Assembly: GCA_963715845.1 (NCBI GenBank)
Contig: CAVQSJ010000036.1
Span: forward strand, 47,710-111,709
Reading direction: 5' to 3'
Origin: an uncultured Gammaproteobacteria bacterium
Lineage (GTDB): Bacteria > Pseudomonadota > Gammaproteobacteria > Competibacterales > Competibacteraceae
DNA length: 64,000 bases
This document shows, one piece after another, positions 35,209 through 48,396 of the stretch. How positions within the stretch are numbered: position 1 is the first letter of the stretch; the number at the start of each line of letters is the position of its first letter. A program made the position numbers and the translations under genes. Below the pieces are notes generated by a model. The model had not been told where the DNA came from, made no database searches, and saw only the letters and a program-made list of their open reading frames with translations.

Positions 35209-38200
35209 ATGACCGACTCTCCCGACCCCGCTTCCACCCGCTGGCAATTCTGGATCGACCGGGGCGGCACGTTTACCGATGTGGTGGCCCGCCGGCCCGA
35301 CGGCCGGCTGGTAACCCGCAAGCTGCTGTCGGACAATCCCGAGCATTACGCCGACGCCGCCCTGCAGGGTATTCGCGAACTGCTGGGCGTACCGGCGAAC
35401 CAACCGATTCCCGCCGCTCAAATCGCGGCGGTAAAAATGGGCACCACCGTCGCCACGAACGCTTTATTGGAACGCAAGGGCGACCGCACCCTGCTGCTGA
35501 TCACCCAGGGTTTTCGGGATGCCTTGCGCATCGCTTACCAGAATCGGCCCAAACTGTTCGCCCGCAACATCGTATTGCCCGAACTGCTATACGAACGGGT
35601 GGCGGAAGTACCGGAACGGGTCTCGGCGCGGGGTGAAATTATCGTCCCGTTCGATCCCGCCGGCACCCGCGAACCGCTGGAGCACGCCTGGCACGCCGGC
35701 ATCCGCGCCGTCGCCATCGTGTTTCTGCACGGCTACCGCTACCCGGAACACGAGAGACAAGCGGCGGAATTGGCGCGGGAAATCGGTTTCACCCAAATTT
35801 CGGTTTCCCACCAGGTCAGTCCTTTGATGAAGCTAGTCGGGCGTGGCGACACGACCGTGGCGGATGCTTATCTGTCACCGATTCTGCGCCGCTACGTGGA
35901 TCGGGTGGCCATCGAACTGGGCGATGCGCGGCTGTTGTTCATGCAGTCCCACGGCGGCCTGGCCGACGCCCATCATTTCCAGGGCAAGGACAGCATTTTG
36001 TCCGGTCCGGCTGGTGGTATCGTCGGCGCTGCGCGCACCGCCACCAGCGCCGGATTCGAGCGGATCATCACTTTCGACATGGGCGGCACGTCCACCGACG
36101 TCGCCCATTACGCCGGCGAGTACGAACGCGCCTTCGAAACCCAGGTGGCCGGAGTGCGACTGCGGGCGCCGATGCTGCATATCCACACCGTGGCTGCCGG
36201 CGGAGGCTCGATCTGTCGCTTCGACGGGACTCGGCTGCGGGTGGGCCCGGAATCGGCCGGTGCCAACCCTGGACCGGCCTGTTACCGGCGCGGCGGGCCA
36301 CTGACCGTGACCGACTGCAACGTACTGCTGGGACGGATTCAACCGGACTTCTTCCCCCGCGTCTTCGGCCCTAATCAGGATCGGCCACTGGACCGGGAAG
36401 CGGTCGTTCGCCGGTTCGCAAGCCTCGCCGCCAAAGTCCAGACCGTCACCGGCAAGGTGTACACCCCCCCTGAACTGGCCGAGGGCTTTCTCAAGATCGC
36501 CATCGAGAACATGGCGAACGCCATCAAGCAAATCTCGACCCAGCGCGGCTACGACGTAACCGAATACACCCTGTGCTGCTTTGGCGGCGCCGGTGGCCAG
36601 CACGCCTGCGCGGTAGCCGACGCGCTGGGAATGCCGGCCATCTTCATTCATCCATTCGCCGGGGTGCTGTCGGCTTACGGCATGGGACTGGCTGACGCCC
36701 GACTGTTGAAGGAACACGCAGTCGAAGCGCCGCTGATCGCCGACCTGTCGCCAACACTGGAAGGCGTTTTCGCCGAACTGGAACAGACGGGGCGGGAGGC
36801 AATGCAGGCACAGGATATTCCCGCCGCCCAGATTCACACTGTCCGTGCCGTCCGCCTGCGCTACGCCGGCAGCGACACCGCTCTGAGCGTTGCCGCCGAT
36901 GACCTGACTCAACTGCAAGCACGCTTCGAGACCGCTCACCGCCAACGCTATGGTTTTGTCATGTCCGACAAGGAACTCATCGCGGAGGCGGCGACGGTCG
37001 AAGTGATCGGTGGTGGGTTTGACCAAGCCAACTACCCCGTTGCTAACGCGCCACCCCTTGTTGAAAAGGAGGAGAAAGCCCGGTATCTGACTTTGCAACC
37101 CGCGGCAACAGTCCCGCTACGTGTTGCCGATGCTGACGCCTCCGCCCCACTTTACCGGCGAGACGAGTTGCGTCCCGGCGATTGCATCCTCGGTCCCGCG
37201 ATCATCAGCGAAGCCGGCGCCACCACACTGATCGAACCCGGCTGGCGGGCCAAAGTCACGACGTGCAATCATCTGGTGTTGACCCGTCATGAACCACGCC
37301 CGCAACAAGTAGCAATTGGTACCGCCGTGGATCCGATTATGCTGGAGGTATTCAACAACCTGTTCATGGCCATCGCCGAGCAAATGGGCGTGACCCTAGC
37401 CAACACCGCACATTCGGTCAACATCAAGGAGCGGCTGGATTTTTCCTGCGCACTGTTTGACCGGGACGGCCAACTGATCGCCAATGCTCCGCATATTCCG
37501 GTGCATCTCGGCTCGATGGGCGAGGCGGTGCGGGCCATCATTCAGGCGAATCAGGGCCGGTTCGAGCCCGGCGATGTTTACGCCACCAACGCGCCCTACA
37601 ACGGTGGTACCCACCTGCCGGATATCACGGTCATCACCCCCGTTTTCGACGAGGCAGGACGGGAGGTGCGGTTCTACGTCGCCTCGCGCGGCCACCACGC
37701 CGACATCGGCGGCATCACACCCGGCTCGATGCCACCGGACAGCATCACCATCGATCAGGAAGGCGTGTTGCTGGACAGCTTCCTACTGGTGACCGGTGGT
37801 CGGTTCCGCGAACGGGAGTTGCTGGAGCGTTTGACCAGCGGTCCCTGGCCGGTACGCAATCCCCGGCAGAATCTGGCCGACCTGCAGGCACAAATCGCCG
37901 CCAACAAAAAAGGCGCGCGGGAATTGCGGCGGATGGTGGCGCACTTCGGGCTGGAGGTCGTCCACGCCTACATGGGACACGTGCAGGACAACGCCGCCGA
38001 GCAAGTGCGGCGGACGCTGGATCGGTTGCGAGATGGCGTGTTCGCCTACGAAATGGACAACGGCGCGGTGATCCGGGTCACCATCACCCTGGACCGGGCG
38101 CGACGCTCTGCCAGGATTGATTTCACTGGAACCTCACCACAGCAAGCCAGCAATTTCAATGCCCCGCACGCGGTGTGCCTCGCAGCGGTGCTATACGTGT

Positions 38201-38859
38201 TTCGCACCCTGGTGGACGACGACATTCCGCTCAATGCCGGATGTCTGCGCCCGCTGGAGATCGTCATCCCCGCAGGCTGCCTGCTCGATCCCCTCCCGCC
38301 GGCGGCGGTGGTTGCAGGCAACGTGGAAACCTCGCAATGCGTCGTCGATGTGCTATACGGCGCGCTTGGCATCATGGCCGCCGCCCAGGGGACGATGAAC
38401 AATTTCACCTTCGGCAACGACCGCCACCAGTATTACGAAACGATCTGCGGCGGCGCCGGCGCGGGTCCGGGTTTCGACGGTGCCTCGGCGGTGCATACCC
38501 ACATGACCAATTCGCGCTTGACCGACCCGGAAGTGCTGGAGTGGCGGTTTCCGGTGCGGGTGGAGGAATTTCGCATTCGTGAGCACAGCGGCGGTGCGGG
38601 CCGCTGGCACGGCGGCGATGGGGTAATCCGGCGCATCCGCTTTTTGGAGCCGATGACCGCCGCGATTCTGTCCGGCCATCGTTGCATTCCACCCTATGGC
38701 TCGAACGGCGGCGAACCGGGCCGGGTCGGTCGCAATGCCACGGAACGGGTTGACGGCCACACCGAGGAATTGCCCGGTACAGCGCAGGTAGTGATGCAAG
38801 CGGGCGATGTATTCGTCATCGAAACGCCGGGCGGTGGTGGGTATGGCAATCCCGCTTAA
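35209..38859 (+). CDS. 5-oxoprolinase/hydantoinase-family protein (fused HyuA-like N-half and HyuB-like C-half)
   Basis: The 1216-aa ORF starts [15 protein letters not shown] (hydantoinase A N-terminus); the hydantoinase_B region contains [18 protein letters not shown]. Confidence 0.85.
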   Translation: MTDSPDPASTRWQFWIDRGGTFTDVVARRPDGRLVTRKLLSDNPEHYADAALQGIRELLGVPANQPIPAAQIAAVKMGTTVATNALLERKGDRTLLLITQGFRDALRIAYQNRPKLFARNIVLPELLYERVAEVPERVSARGEIIVPFDPAGTREPLEHAWHAGIRAVAIVFLHGYRYPEHERQAAELAREIGFTQISVSHQVSPLMKLVGRGDTTVADAYLSPILRRYVDRVAIELGDARLLFMQSHGGLADAHHFQGKDSILSGPAGGIVGAARTATSAGFERIITFDMGGTSTDVAHYAGEYERAFETQVAGVRLRAPMLHIHTVAAGGGSICRFDGTRLRVGPESAGANPGPACYRRGGPLTVTDCNVLLGRIQPDFFPRVFGPNQDRPLDREAVVRRFASLAAKVQTVTGKVYTPPELAEGFLKIAIENMANAIKQISTQRGYDVTEYTLCCFGGAGGQHACAVADALGMPAIFIHPFAGVLSAYGMGLADARLLKEHAVEAPLIADLSPTLEGVFAELEQTGREAMQAQDIPAAQIHTVRAVRLRYAGSDTALSVAADDLTQLQARFETAHRQRYGFVMSDKELIAEAATVEVIGGGFDQANYPVANAPPLVEKEEKARYLTLQPAATVPLRVADADASAPLYRRDELRPGDCILGPAIISEAGATTLIEPGWRAKVTTCNHLVLTRHEPRPQQVAIGTAVDPIMLEVFNNLFMAIAEQMGVTLANTAHSVNIKERLDFSCALFDRDGQLIANAPHIPVHLGSMGEAVRAIIQANQGRFEPGDVYATNAPYNGGTHLPDITVITPVFDEAGREVRFYVASRGHHADIGGITPGSMPPDSITIDQEGVLLDSFLLVTGGRFRERELLERLTSGPWPVRNPRQNLADLQAQIAANKKGARELRRMVAHFGLEVVHAYMGHVQDNAAEQVRRTLDRLRDGVFAYEMDNGAVIRVTITLDRARRSARIDFTGTSPQQASNFNAPHAVCLAAVLYVFRTLVDDDIPLNAGCLRPLEIVIPAGCLLDPLPPAAVVAGNVETSQCVVDVLYGALGIMAAAQGTMNNFTFGNDRHQYYETICGGAGAGPGFDGASAVHTHMTNSRLTDPEVLEWRFPVRVEEFRIREHSGGAGRWHGGDGVIRRIRFLEPMTAAILSGHRCIPPYGSNGGEPGRVGRNATERVDGHTEELPGTAQVVMQAGDVFVIETPGGGGYGNPA

Positions 38860-38883
38860 TACCGATAGCTCGCTTCAGTCGTG

Positions 38884-39321
38884 CTACCAATACTGGCCAA
38901 AATCCGGCTCCCGCTCCGGCAGCTTGCGCGGTGCGCCGTCGCTGTCGACGGCAACGTAAACGATCACGGCCTCGGTGACCTTGGTGGAATGCAGCGTGCC
39001 GTCATGTGCCCGTTGAGCGAACACCTCGACCTTGACCGTGATCGAGGTCGAGCCCACCTTCTGAATGCGGGCGAAGCAGCTCACCAGATCGCCCACGTTC
39101 ACCGGCCGGTGGAATTCCATTGACGTGACCGCCACGGTCACCACCGGACCCCCGGCATATTCCAAGGCCACCACGCCGCCCGCAACATCCATCTGCGCCA
39201 TGATCCAGCCGCCGAAGATGTTACCGTTGGGGTTGGTATGGGCCGGCATCGCCAGAATCCGGACGGTCGGCTGCCGGTCGCGTGGAAAGAAATCCTGTCC
39301 TTCCTGTTCGATTGCAGACAT
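38884..39321 (-). CDS. acyl-CoA thioesterase, hotdog fold (YciA-like)
   Basis: TNPNGNIFGGWIMAQMDVAGG; the start was chosen at the internal Met (MSAIEQ). Confidence 0.7.
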   Translation of the reverse strand: MSAIEQEGQDFFPRDRQPTVRILAMPAHTNPNGNIFGGWIMAQMDVAGGVVALEYAGGPVVTVAVTSMEFHRPVNVGDLVSCFARIQKVGSTSITVKVEVFAQRAHDGTLHSTKVTEAVIVYVAVDSDGAPRKLPEREPDFGQYW

Positions 39322-39489
39322 GGGAACTCCCGAAGACGAAGACGCGACCCGACCAAGTCCGGGGCGCGGAATGGATGCAACAGTCGACGCCAGCGGGATT
39401 TTGGCTCGCCGGCTCGCCAAGCTCATGACAAACTCGACTATGATAATCTATGGGAGAGTCGCGCTCCCAAGACGAGGATCGAGAAGCAC

Positions 39490-40449
39490 ATGGCACGAAG
39501 TAGAACAGTGGCCGTTTACACCGGCGATGAACTGGGTCGCTACGGATTCGATGATCACCCCTTCGGCGAAGACCGAATCCATGCCTTTTGGGATGAAATG
39601 CACATCCGCCACCTCGATTATCAGGTGCGCGTCCTGCATCCCGCCATCGCGACCGAAGACCAGATCAAACTGTTCCACACCCCGGAATATGTCGAGAAGG
39701 TCAAAATCTACTCCGAAGTAGGTGACGGTTTGCTGGATTACGGCGATACGCCGGCCTACAAGGGAGTGTTCGAAGATGCCGCAACGGTGGTTGGCACCGT
39801 CGTCGATGCCACCCGCAAGGTCATGAACAACGAGGTTCGGCGTATTTTCGTGCCCATCGCCGGCCTGCACCACAGCATGCCCGATACTGCTTCCGGTTTC
39901 TGCGTATTCAACGATGTCGGGGTCGCCATCAAGCTGCTGCAACAGGAATATGGCCTGGAGCGCATCGCCTACGTGGATATCGACGCCCACCACGGTGACG
40001 GCCTGTTTTACCCGTTCGAATCCGACCCGACCGTCATCTATGCCGACATCCACGAGGACGGCCGCTACAACTTCCCGCAGAGCGGCTTCTCGCACGAAAT
40101 CGGCAAGGGTCCAGCCAAGGGCCGCAAGCTCAATATTCCGCTGCTGCCGCTGTCGGCCGACGACGACTTCATGATGATGTGGGACAAGATCGAGGAATTC
40201 CTGCGCAAGTGGGAACCGCAATTCATCTTCATGAACTGCGGGGCCGACGGCCTGAACGGCGACCCGCTGGCCCACCTGCACTACTCGGCTCGGACGCACA
40301 GCCGCGCCGCCCGCAGCCTGTGCCAGATTGCCGAGGACTTCGCCGAGGGGCGCATCGTCGGCGTCGGCGGTGGCGGCTATGACCTGCGCAACATCGCCAA
40401 GGCCTGGACCGCCGTGGTGGATTCCTTCCTGGAAACCCCAATGCGCTGA
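39490..40449 (+). CDS. histone deacetylase-family protein (AcuC/acetoin utilisation-like)
   Basis: The DIDAHHGDG zinc/active-site motif is seen directly. Confidence 0.8.
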   Translation: MARSRTVAVYTGDELGRYGFDDHPFGEDRIHAFWDEMHIRHLDYQVRVLHPAIATEDQIKLFHTPEYVEKVKIYSEVGDGLLDYGDTPAYKGVFEDAATVVGTVVDATRKVMNNEVRRIFVPIAGLHHSMPDTASGFCVFNDVGVAIKLLQQEYGLERIAYVDIDAHHGDGLFYPFESDPTVIYADIHEDGRYNFPQSGFSHEIGKGPAKGRKLNIPLLPLSADDDFMMMWDKIEEFLRKWEPQFIFMNCGADGLNGDPLAHLHYSARTHSRAARSLCQIAEDFAEGRIVGVGGGGYDLRNIAKAWTAVVDSFLETPMR

Positions 40450-40642
40450 GAATGCCGTCCCGCCCGAAGACGTTCCTGTCGCAAGCTTCGGCAGAAAGGG
40501 CTTCGACCGCGCATCCACCACCCCTGTTTCCCGCAACCCGCCCCCTGACTCCCACCGATAAAGTGGAGTACAATTTGATTTCCCTTAGTTCGCCCGCTCT
40601 TTCGTCCGAAGCTGCGGGCGCTCGCCTTTGCAGAGGTCGCGA

Positions 40643-41896
<1,254 letters not shown>

Positions 41897-41927
41897 TTGC
41901 CAACGGCGGGCGCGCGAGACGGCGGCG

Positions 41928-42401
41928 ATGCATTGTCCGTTCTGTGGCATACCCGATACCCGGGTGATCGACTCGCGGCTGTCGGCGGAAGGCGACAAGG
42001 TCCGCCGCCGGCGCGAGTGTTCCCGCTGCAACGCCCGCTTTACCACCTACGAAGTGGCTGAACTGCTGATGCCGCCGGTGGTGAAGCGCGACGGCCGCCG
42101 CGAGCCGTTCCTGGAGGAAAAGTTGCGGATCGGATTGCTGCGGGCGCTGGAAAAACGGCCGGTCGGCGCCGAAAGGATCGAGGAAACCGTGCTGCGCATC
42201 AAGAATCGCGTCCGGGCCAGCAGCGAGCGGGAACTGAGCAGCCAGCAGATCGGTGAATGGGTGATGGAGGAGTTGCGTAACCTGGATCAGGTTGCCTACG
42301 TCCGCTTCGCCTCAGTCTACCGCAGCTTCGAGGATGTGAATGCCTTCCGCGAGGAAATCGAGCGGCTGCAAAAAGTATCCGGCGCGACGGATTCCGGGTA
42401 A
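41928..42401 (+). CDS. nrdR: transcriptional repressor NrdR
   Basis: MHCPFCG...[11 protein letters not shown] zinc ribbon followed by an ATP-cone domain. Confidence 0.95.
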   Translation: MHCPFCGIPDTRVIDSRLSAEGDKVRRRRECSRCNARFTTYEVAELLMPPVVKRDGRREPFLEEKLRIGLLRALEKRPVGAERIEETVLRIKNRVRASSERELSSQQIGEWVMEELRNLDQVAYVRFASVYRSFEDVNAFREEIERLQKVSGATDSG

Positions 42402-42505
42402 TGCCACCCGACAACGCCATCACTCCATCCCCTCGCTTTCTTCCTCCCAACCCCACTCCCTCAAGGGGAGAGGGGAGCGAATGGTTATCCGACGATTACC
42501 GCTAT

Positions 42506-43579
42506 ATGGCGCGGGCTCTGATGCTCGCCCAGCGCGGCCTGTACGGTACCGATCCCAACCCGCGGGTGGGTTGCGTGCTGGTCAAGGATGGAATGATTGT
42601 CGGCGAAGGCTGGCACCAGCGGGCCGGTGACCCCCATGCCGAAGTCAACGCCCTTGACACGGCCAGCGACCGAGCGCGCGGCGCGACCGCCTACGTGACA
42701 CTTGAACCGTGCTGCCATTACGGCCGCACCCCGCCTTGTACCGATGCGCTGCTGAATGCCGGGATCGCGCGGCTGGTGGCCGCCATGTCGGACCCGAATC
42801 CGCAAGTGGCTGGTAAAGGCTTGACGATTCTGCGGGATGCCGGCGTCACGGTGGAATGCGGCTTGTTGGAAGTGGAAGCGCGGGCGCTGAATCCCGGCTT
42901 CATCCAGCGCATGACTCAGGGTCGACCCTGGGTCCGGGTCAAATTGGCGATGAGTCTGGACGGGCGCACGGCGCTGGCTTCGGGCGAAAGCCGGTGGCTA
43001 ACCGGCGAGGCCGCGCGGCAGGATGCGCAGCGGCTGCGGGCGCGCGCTTCGGCGGTCCTGACCGGCAGCGGCACGCTGCTGGCCGACGACCCCAGCCTCA
43101 ACGTCCGCCTGCCGGAAACCACGCGCCAACCGTTGCGGGTGATCCTCGACACGGAACTGCGTACGCCGCCCACCGCCAAGATCCTGCGGCTGCCTGGTTC
43201 GGTGCTGATTTTTACCGCCGCCGCCGATCCAGCCGCGCAAGAACTGCTGCTGGCGGCGGGCGCGGAAATCGTGGTTATGCCGCGCGCCGAACGTGGTCTA
43301 AATCTGCGCTCGGTGATGGCGGAACTGGCCCGCCGTGAATGTAACGAACTCCAGGTGGAATGCGGCCCGACCTTGGCCGGTGCGTTGTTGCAAGCCGGAT
43401 TGGTGGATGAACTGGTGATTTATATGGCCCCACTGCTACTGGGCAACCGGGCGCGTGGGCTGTTTCAATTGCCGGAATTGACGCGGATGCAGGAACGACG
43501 GGAATTGGAGATTCTTGAAACACGGGCGGTAGGAAGGGATTGGCGGCTGACCTTACAATTCACGAACGGGCGCCAATAG
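42506..43579 (+). CDS. ribD: bifunctional riboflavin-biosynthesis deaminase/reductase RibD
   Basis: Deaminase zinc motif HAEVNAL...EPCCHYGRTPPC, followed by a reductase domain. The start was chosen at the ATG at 42506 (the track ORF extends upstream). Confidence 0.9.
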   Translation: MARALMLAQRGLYGTDPNPRVGCVLVKDGMIVGEGWHQRAGDPHAEVNALDTASDRARGATAYVTLEPCCHYGRTPPCTDALLNAGIARLVAAMSDPNPQVAGKGLTILRDAGVTVECGLLEVEARALNPGFIQRMTQGRPWVRVKLAMSLDGRTALASGESRWLTGEAARQDAQRLRARASAVLTGSGTLLADDPSLNVRLPETTRQPLRVILDTELRTPPTAKILRLPGSVLIFTAAADPAAQELLLAAGAEIVVMPRAERGLNLRSVMAELARRECNELQVECGPTLAGALLQAGLVDELVIYMAPLLLGNRARGLFQLPELTRMQERRELEILETRAVGRDWRLTLQFTNGRQ

Positions 43580-43785
43580 TGAAAAATCCAATTTCCCTAT
43601 TTATTCATGGAGGCGCGATATGAAATACAAAATCACCCTCAATAAATCGGAAAGGTTTGTGACGGTTCCCCGCAATAATCCCATCAATGCGCTTTCACCA
43701 TGGGCGGCATAGCACAGGACGCAGGATTCACGGTAGCTGAGTTCCAGAAGTTGTTATAGCGCCCTAATTTGCGGCACGGACTGAG

Positions 43786-43809
43786 CATATTTCTTTCGCA
43801 TATTTCTTT
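43786..43809 (+). promoter_or_regulatory. direct repeat catatttcttt x2 (13-nt spacing) upstream of ribE; a possible operator, unverified
   Basis: Seen directly in the 300-bp ribD-ribE spacer. No FMN-riboswitch conserved blocks could be found in this spacer. Confidence 0.2.
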
Positions 43810-43883
43810 ACTGTTACCATGCGGATTATCCATAGACCGCGTCTAACCCTTCACTACCGCCTCGTTTCTTCGAGCACACCACC

Positions 43884-44540
43884 ATGTTCACCGGCATCAT
43901 CACGGCAGTCGGCAGCATCACCGCGCTCCAGCCGCGCGGTGGCGACGTTCGCCTGCGCATCGCCACCGGCAAGCTGGATTTGAGCGACGTGCAACTGGGT
44001 GACAGCATCGCCGTCAGCGGCGTCTGCCTGACCGCCGTCGAACTGTCCGGCGACGGCTTCTGGGCCGACGCCTCGCGCGAGACCCTGGAACGCACCATCC
44101 TCGGTGAGGCTGCACCCGGCATGAGGGTCAACCTGGAAAAGGCCCTCACCCCGACCACCCGGCTCGGTGGCCATCTGGTCAGCGGCCACGTGGACGGCAT
44201 CGGCGCCGTCACTGAATGGCGCCCGGACGGCCGCTCCTGGCGGTTGCGGATTCAGGCGCCGGACGTGCTGGCCCGCTATATCGCCGAAAAGGGCTCGATT
44301 TGCGTGGACGGGGTCAGCCTGACCGTCAATCGGGTGGACGGCGCGGCCTTCGAACTCAACATCGTCCCGCACACGCTGGCGGAAACTACCTTCGTGGATT
44401 TTAAAATCGGCCGACGGGTCAATCTGGAAGTAGACCTGATCGCCCGCTATCTGGAGCGGTTGCTGCTGGGCGACCGAGCCGCGCAGCCCGGCGGCGGTCT
44501 GACCGAAGCCTTATTGCGCGAACACGGTTTCTGGAAATAG
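43884..44540 (+). CDS. ribE: riboflavin synthase (alpha subunit)
   Basis: MFTGIITAVG with duplicated lumazine-binding halves. Confidence 0.9.
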   Translation: MFTGIITAVGSITALQPRGGDVRLRIATGKLDLSDVQLGDSIAVSGVCLTAVELSGDGFWADASRETLERTILGEAAPGMRVNLEKALTPTTRLGGHLVSGHVDGIGAVTEWRPDGRSWRLRIQAPDVLARYIAEKGSICVDGVSLTVNRVDGAAFELNIVPHTLAETTFVDFKIGRRVNLEVDLIARYLERLLLGDRAAQPGGGLTEALLREHGFWK

Positions 44541-44542
44541 TC

Positions 44543-45646
44543 ATGGCACTGAACAGCATCGACGAAATCCTCGCCGACCTCCGGCAAGGCAAGATGGTCA
44601 TCATCATGGACGACGAGGATCGGGAAAACGAGGGCGACCTACTGATGGCCGCCTCGCTGGTTCGTCCCGAGGACATCAATTTCATGGCCCGTTACGGGCG
44701 TGGCCTGATCTGCCTGACCCTGACCCGCGAACGCTGCCAGCAATTGCGCCTGCCGCTGATGGTGCAGGACAACGCCACGCCCTACTCCACCAACTTCACC
44801 GTTTCCATCGAAGCCGCCCAGGGCGTCACCACCGGCATTTCCGCCTACGACCGCGCCCACACCGTCCGCACCGCCGTGCGGCCCGACGCCCGGCCTGAGG
44901 ATCTGGTGCAGCCTGGCCACATCTTCCCGCTGATGGCTCAGCCCGGCGGCGTGCTGACCCGCGCCGGCCACACCGAGGCCGGTTGCGACCTGACCCGGCT
45001 GGCTGGCCTGGAACCGGCGGCGGTCATCGTCGAAATTCTTAACGAGGACGGCGGCATGGCGCGCCGGGCCGACCTGGAAGCGTTCGCCGAACAGCATGAC
45101 CTGAAAATCGGCACCATCGCCGCGCTTATCCGCTACCGGATGCAGAACGAAAAGACCGTCGAACGGGTGGCCGATATCCAGATGACCACCGAATTCGGCC
45201 CGTTCCGGGTGCTGACCTATCAGGACGTGGTCAGCCGGCAAGTACATTTCGCCCTGGTCAAGGGCGACATCCATTCCAGCGAACCGGTTTTGGTGCGGGT
45301 CCACGTCCAGCATCTGCTGAGCGATCTGCTCACCCTCCGGCTCCCCGACAGCGGCTGGCCGCTCCGCGACGTCCTGCAACGGGTGGCGCGCGAACCAGCC
45401 GGCGTGCTGGTGTTTCTGAGCCACCCCGAAGAGCCGGCCGCATTGATCCGGCGGATGCGCGGCTACCAGTTTGGCTCCAGCGAAACGCCGCGCGCCGCCG
45501 ACCAAAGCGCCGAATTGCGCACTTACGGTATCGGCGCCCAAATCCTGCTCGACATCGGCGTGCGGCGGATGCGGGTGCTGAGCGCTCCCAAGCGCATCAC
45601 CGGGCTGTCCGGCTTCAATCTGGAAGTCGTGGAATACGTCTCCTGA
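44543..45646 (+). CDS. ribBA: 3,4-dihydroxy-2-butanone-4-phosphate synthase with a C-terminal GTP cyclohydrolase II-like domain
   Basis: The DHBP synthase motifs [11 protein letters not shown] and RAGHTEA are present. The C-terminal domain lacks obvious zinc-binding cysteines, so it may be an inactive RibA-like domain. Confidence 0.85.
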   Translation: MALNSIDEILADLRQGKMVIIMDDEDRENEGDLLMAASLVRPEDINFMARYGRGLICLTLTRERCQQLRLPLMVQDNATPYSTNFTVSIEAAQGVTTGISAYDRAHTVRTAVRPDARPEDLVQPGHIFPLMAQPGGVLTRAGHTEAGCDLTRLAGLEPAAVIVEILNEDGGMARRADLEAFAEQHDLKIGTIAALIRYRMQNEKTVERVADIQMTTEFGPFRVLTYQDVVSRQVHFALVKGDIHSSEPVLVRVHVQHLLSDLLTLRLPDSGWPLRDVLQRVAREPAGVLVFLSHPEEPAALIRRMRGYQFGSSETPRAADQSAELRTYGIGAQILLDIGVRRMRVLSAPKRITGLSGFNLEVVEYVS

Positions 45647-45680
45647 GTCCCATTCATCAGCCACCGTCACGGAATTCCCC

Positions 45681-46160
45681 ATGCATGACATCACCACCAT
45701 CGAAGGCGATTTCACGCCGCCGCAGGATGCCCGCTTCGCCCTGGTCGCGGCGCGGTTCAACAGCTTCATCGTACAGAGCTTGATCAACGGCGCGGTCGAT
45801 GCCCTGCGCCGGCACGGCGTTCCCGAGGCCAGCATCGATCTGATCTGGACGCCCGGGTCCTTCGAGCTGCCGCTGGCCGCGCAACGGCTGGCCGCCAGCG
45901 AACGCTACGATGGCATCGTCGCCCTCGGCGCGGTCATCCGCGGCGGCACCCCGCATTTCGAATACGTCGCCGGCGAGTGCGTCAAGGGGCTGGCGAACGT
46001 TTCGCTGCAATATAATATTCCGGTCGGTTTTGGCGTGCTGACGGTGGACACCATCGATCAGGCGGTCGAGCGAGCTGGCACCAAGGCCGGCAACAAGGGC
46101 GCCGAGGCGGCGATGTCGGTGCTGGAAATGGTCAGTCTGCTGCGCCGACTGGAAGGTTGA
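45681..46160 (+). CDS. ribH: 6,7-dimethyl-8-ribityllumazine synthase
   Basis: ARFNSFIV...[14 protein letters not shown] is diagnostic. Confidence 0.95.
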   Translation: MHDITTIEGDFTPPQDARFALVAARFNSFIVQSLINGAVDALRRHGVPEASIDLIWTPGSFELPLAAQRLAASERYDGIVALGAVIRGGTPHFEYVAGECVKGLANVSLQYNIPVGFGVLTVDTIDQAVERAGTKAGNKGAEAAMSVLEMVSLLRRLEG

Positions 46161-46163
46161 GTC

Positions 46164-46616
46164 GTGGGCAATCCCGTGCGCAAAAACCTGCCCGGAAAGC
46201 GCGGTTGGGCGCGGCGCTGCGCCGTGCAAGCGCTGTATCAGTGGCAGTTGACCGGCGAGGACCTGACCCTGATCGAAACGCGGTTCCTGGCCGACCAGGA
46301 TTTAGGCAAGGCCGATCCCGCTTACTTCCGGGAACTGGTCCAGCAAATTCCGGCCCGTGCGGAGGAAATCGACACCGTACTGACACCCTTCCTGGACCGG
46401 CCGATGCCGCAGGTGGATCCGGTGGAGCGCGCCATTCTGCGCATCGGCGGTTACGAACTGATGCAGCGCCCGGACATCGCCTACCGGGTCGTCATCAACG
46501 AGGCGGTGGAACTGGCCAAGGTGTTCGGTGCCGAGCAAGGGCATCGCTTCGTCAACGGCGTACTCGACAAAGTGGCCCGCGCGGTGCGACCGGTCGAGTT
46601 CGAGGCGCATTGCTGA
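46164..46616 (+). CDS. nusB: transcription antitermination factor NusB (GTG start)
   Basis: ARRCAVQALYQW...; the gene follows ribH, as in the canonical operon. Confidence 0.9.
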   Translation: MGNPVRKNLPGKRGWARRCAVQALYQWQLTGEDLTLIETRFLADQDLGKADPAYFRELVQQIPARAEEIDTVLTPFLDRPMPQVDPVERAILRIGGYELMQRPDIAYRVVINEAVELAKVFGAEQGHRFVNGVLDKVARAVRPVEFEAHC

Positions 46617-46655
46617 GCGGCCTACAATCGCGCCACTTCGCGAACTACACTCTGG

Positions 46656-47369
46656 ATGAACCCAACGGCGAGGCCGGACGCCATGATGTCACAACCCATC
46701 ACCATCACCCACGAAATCTTCCAGGTGGGCGGCTATGGTCTGACCGCCCCCGAAGACGCCGCCATCTATCTGCTCGACTTCGACGGCCACGCGGCGCTGG
46801 TGGACGCCGGCACCGGTCGTGCTCAGAAGCGCTTGCTCGACCATCTCGCCACCACCGGGGTACGTCCCGAGCAAATCGAGTATCTGCTGCTTACCCACTG
46901 CCATTATGACCACACGGGGGGTGCCCGTGGCCTGCGCGAGAAGCTGGGCTGTCCGGTAGTCGCCCACGAACTGGATGCCGATTTTCTGGAACGCGGCGAC
47001 AACGAGGTCACGGCGGCCAGTTGGTATGGCACCAAACTCTATCCCTGCCCAGTGGACCGCCGACTGAGCGGTGCGCGGCAAACGCTGACCTTGGGCGAAC
47101 GCTCGATCACCGCCCTGCACATCCCCGGCCACTCCCCCGGCTCGCTGGCCTACCTAACCGAATCCGAGGGTCAAACCGTGCTGTTCGCCCAGGACGTACA
47201 TGGGCCACTGGACCTTCGGCTGCGCTCGAACCGGACCGATTACCGGGCTTCGCTGGAACGGATGCTGGCACTGGAGGCCGATATTCTCTGCGAGGGACAC
47301 TACGGTATCTTCCGGGGCAAGCCGGTGGTGGCCGAATTCATTCGCTCGTTCCTGGACGAAGCGTACTAA
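46656..47369 (+). CDS. MBL-fold metallo-hydrolase
   Basis: THCHYDHTGG (HxHxDH) and the later His/Asp ligands; an alternative start lies at 46683. Confidence 0.75.
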   Translation: MNPTARPDAMMSQPITITHEIFQVGGYGLTAPEDAAIYLLDFDGHAALVDAGTGRAQKRLLDHLATTGVRPEQIEYLLLTHCHYDHTGGARGLREKLGCPVVAHELDADFLERGDNEVTAASWYGTKLYPCPVDRRLSGARQTLTLGERSITALHIPGHSPGSLAYLTESEGQTVLFAQDVHGPLDLRLRSNRTDYRASLERMLALEADILCEGHYGIFRGKPVVAEFIRSFLDEAY

Positions 47370-47478
47370 CGGGAACCTCCTGCCCCAACCGGCCGGCAGC
47401 GAAAACGAATCATGGCAGGGCTGGTGGCCTTTGCCAGGCTAACAGGCACCACTCGCCCGCTTCTCTCCGGAGGACATC

Positions 47479-47967
47479 ATGGATTACGCCATTCGCACCA
47501 TGTTGTGCGCCACCGACCTCGGCCCGCGCGGCCCGGACGTTTTGCGGCACGCCGCCGGTCTGGCGCACCACTTCGGTGCCCGGTTGCACATCATTCATGC
47601 CATTGAACCGCTAAGCGATTTCGCCCAGTTCTGGATCAACACCACCGTTCCCGAGGCGACGCGTCAGACCCATCGCAGCGAGATTTTCGCCAGCGTCCAT
47701 CAGGCTCTGCAGCAGCGGCTGGATGCGTATTGCCGGGAGGTGTTGGAAAGCCACGCCGAGGGTCTGATCGCCGATATCCAGATCATCGAGGGACCGCCCG
47801 TGCGGATCATTCTGGAAGAGGCCCGGCGAACAAGCGCGGAAATGATCGTGCTCGGCTCGCACGGGCATTCCGCCATCGGCGAGGCGATGCTGGGGTCGGT
47901 GGCGCACAAGGTCACCATGAAAGCCACCGTCCCGGTGTTGCTGGTACCGATCGGACATCGGGGATAG
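47479..47967 (+). CDS. universal stress protein (UspA family)
   Basis: Typical Usp fold motifs at both ends (C-terminus VLGSHGHSAIGEAMLGSVAHKV). Confidence 0.8.
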   Translation: MDYAIRTMLCATDLGPRGPDVLRHAAGLAHHFGARLHIIHAIEPLSDFAQFWINTTVPEATRQTHRSEIFASVHQALQQRLDAYCREVLESHAEGLIADIQIIEGPPVRIILEEARRTSAEMIVLGSHGHSAIGEAMLGSVAHKVTMKATVPVLLVPIGHRG

Positions 47968-48002
47968 CAAGCCGACAAGTCGTACTCATTGCCCGCTTGG
48001 CC

Positions 48003-48392
48003 TTACATCGGCGCCTCGAACAATTCCAGCGCCCGTTTCAGCGCCGCGCGAGTCGTGTCGTTATTATCCGGTGCCGCCAGTGTCTGCCGCATGAATTCCA
48101 CGGTCTTGGGCGGATTCTGGGAAAAGCGGTAAGCAACGGCGAACGCCCCGGTTGCCTTCTCGCCATCGTTCATCGCCCCGTACACCTGGCCGAGGTTGAA
48201 CCAGGACGATGACCGCCCCGGCGATAGCGAGATCGCATACACCAGTTGATGCTCCGCGCGCTTGAACTGGCCGAGCTTCAAATTGGCGTAACCGAGATTG
48301 CCGGCCACCTCGACATCGGCCGGATCGGCGATCTGGGCCTGCTGGAAAGCGGTCGCTGCGACCTGATAGTTAGTGTCTGGCCGAAAATCCAC
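48003..48392 (-). CDS. TPR-repeat protein, possibly an N-terminally truncated remnant (GTG start 4 nt after the intron's 3' end)
   Basis: Two to three TPR-like repeats (AGNLGYANLKLGQFKRAEHQL..., SSWFNLGQVYGAMNDGEKA...). There is no RBS, because the upstream sequence is the intron. Confidence 0.45.
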   Translation of the reverse strand: MDFRPDTNYQVAATAFQQAQIADPADVEVAGNLGYANLKLGQFKRAEHQLVYAISLSPGRSSSWFNLGQVYGAMNDGEKATGAFAVAYRFSQNPPKTVEFMRQTLAAPDNNDTTRAALKRALELFEAPM

Positions 48393-48396
48393 GATG

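Noticed and set aside
43580-43883. FMN riboswitch expected upstream of the rib operon
   Set aside because: None of the conserved RFN blocks (GGGGUGAAAUUCCC, CCGACGGU, AGUCCGGAUG) are present. Only a short direct repeat and a 30-codon ORF were seen.
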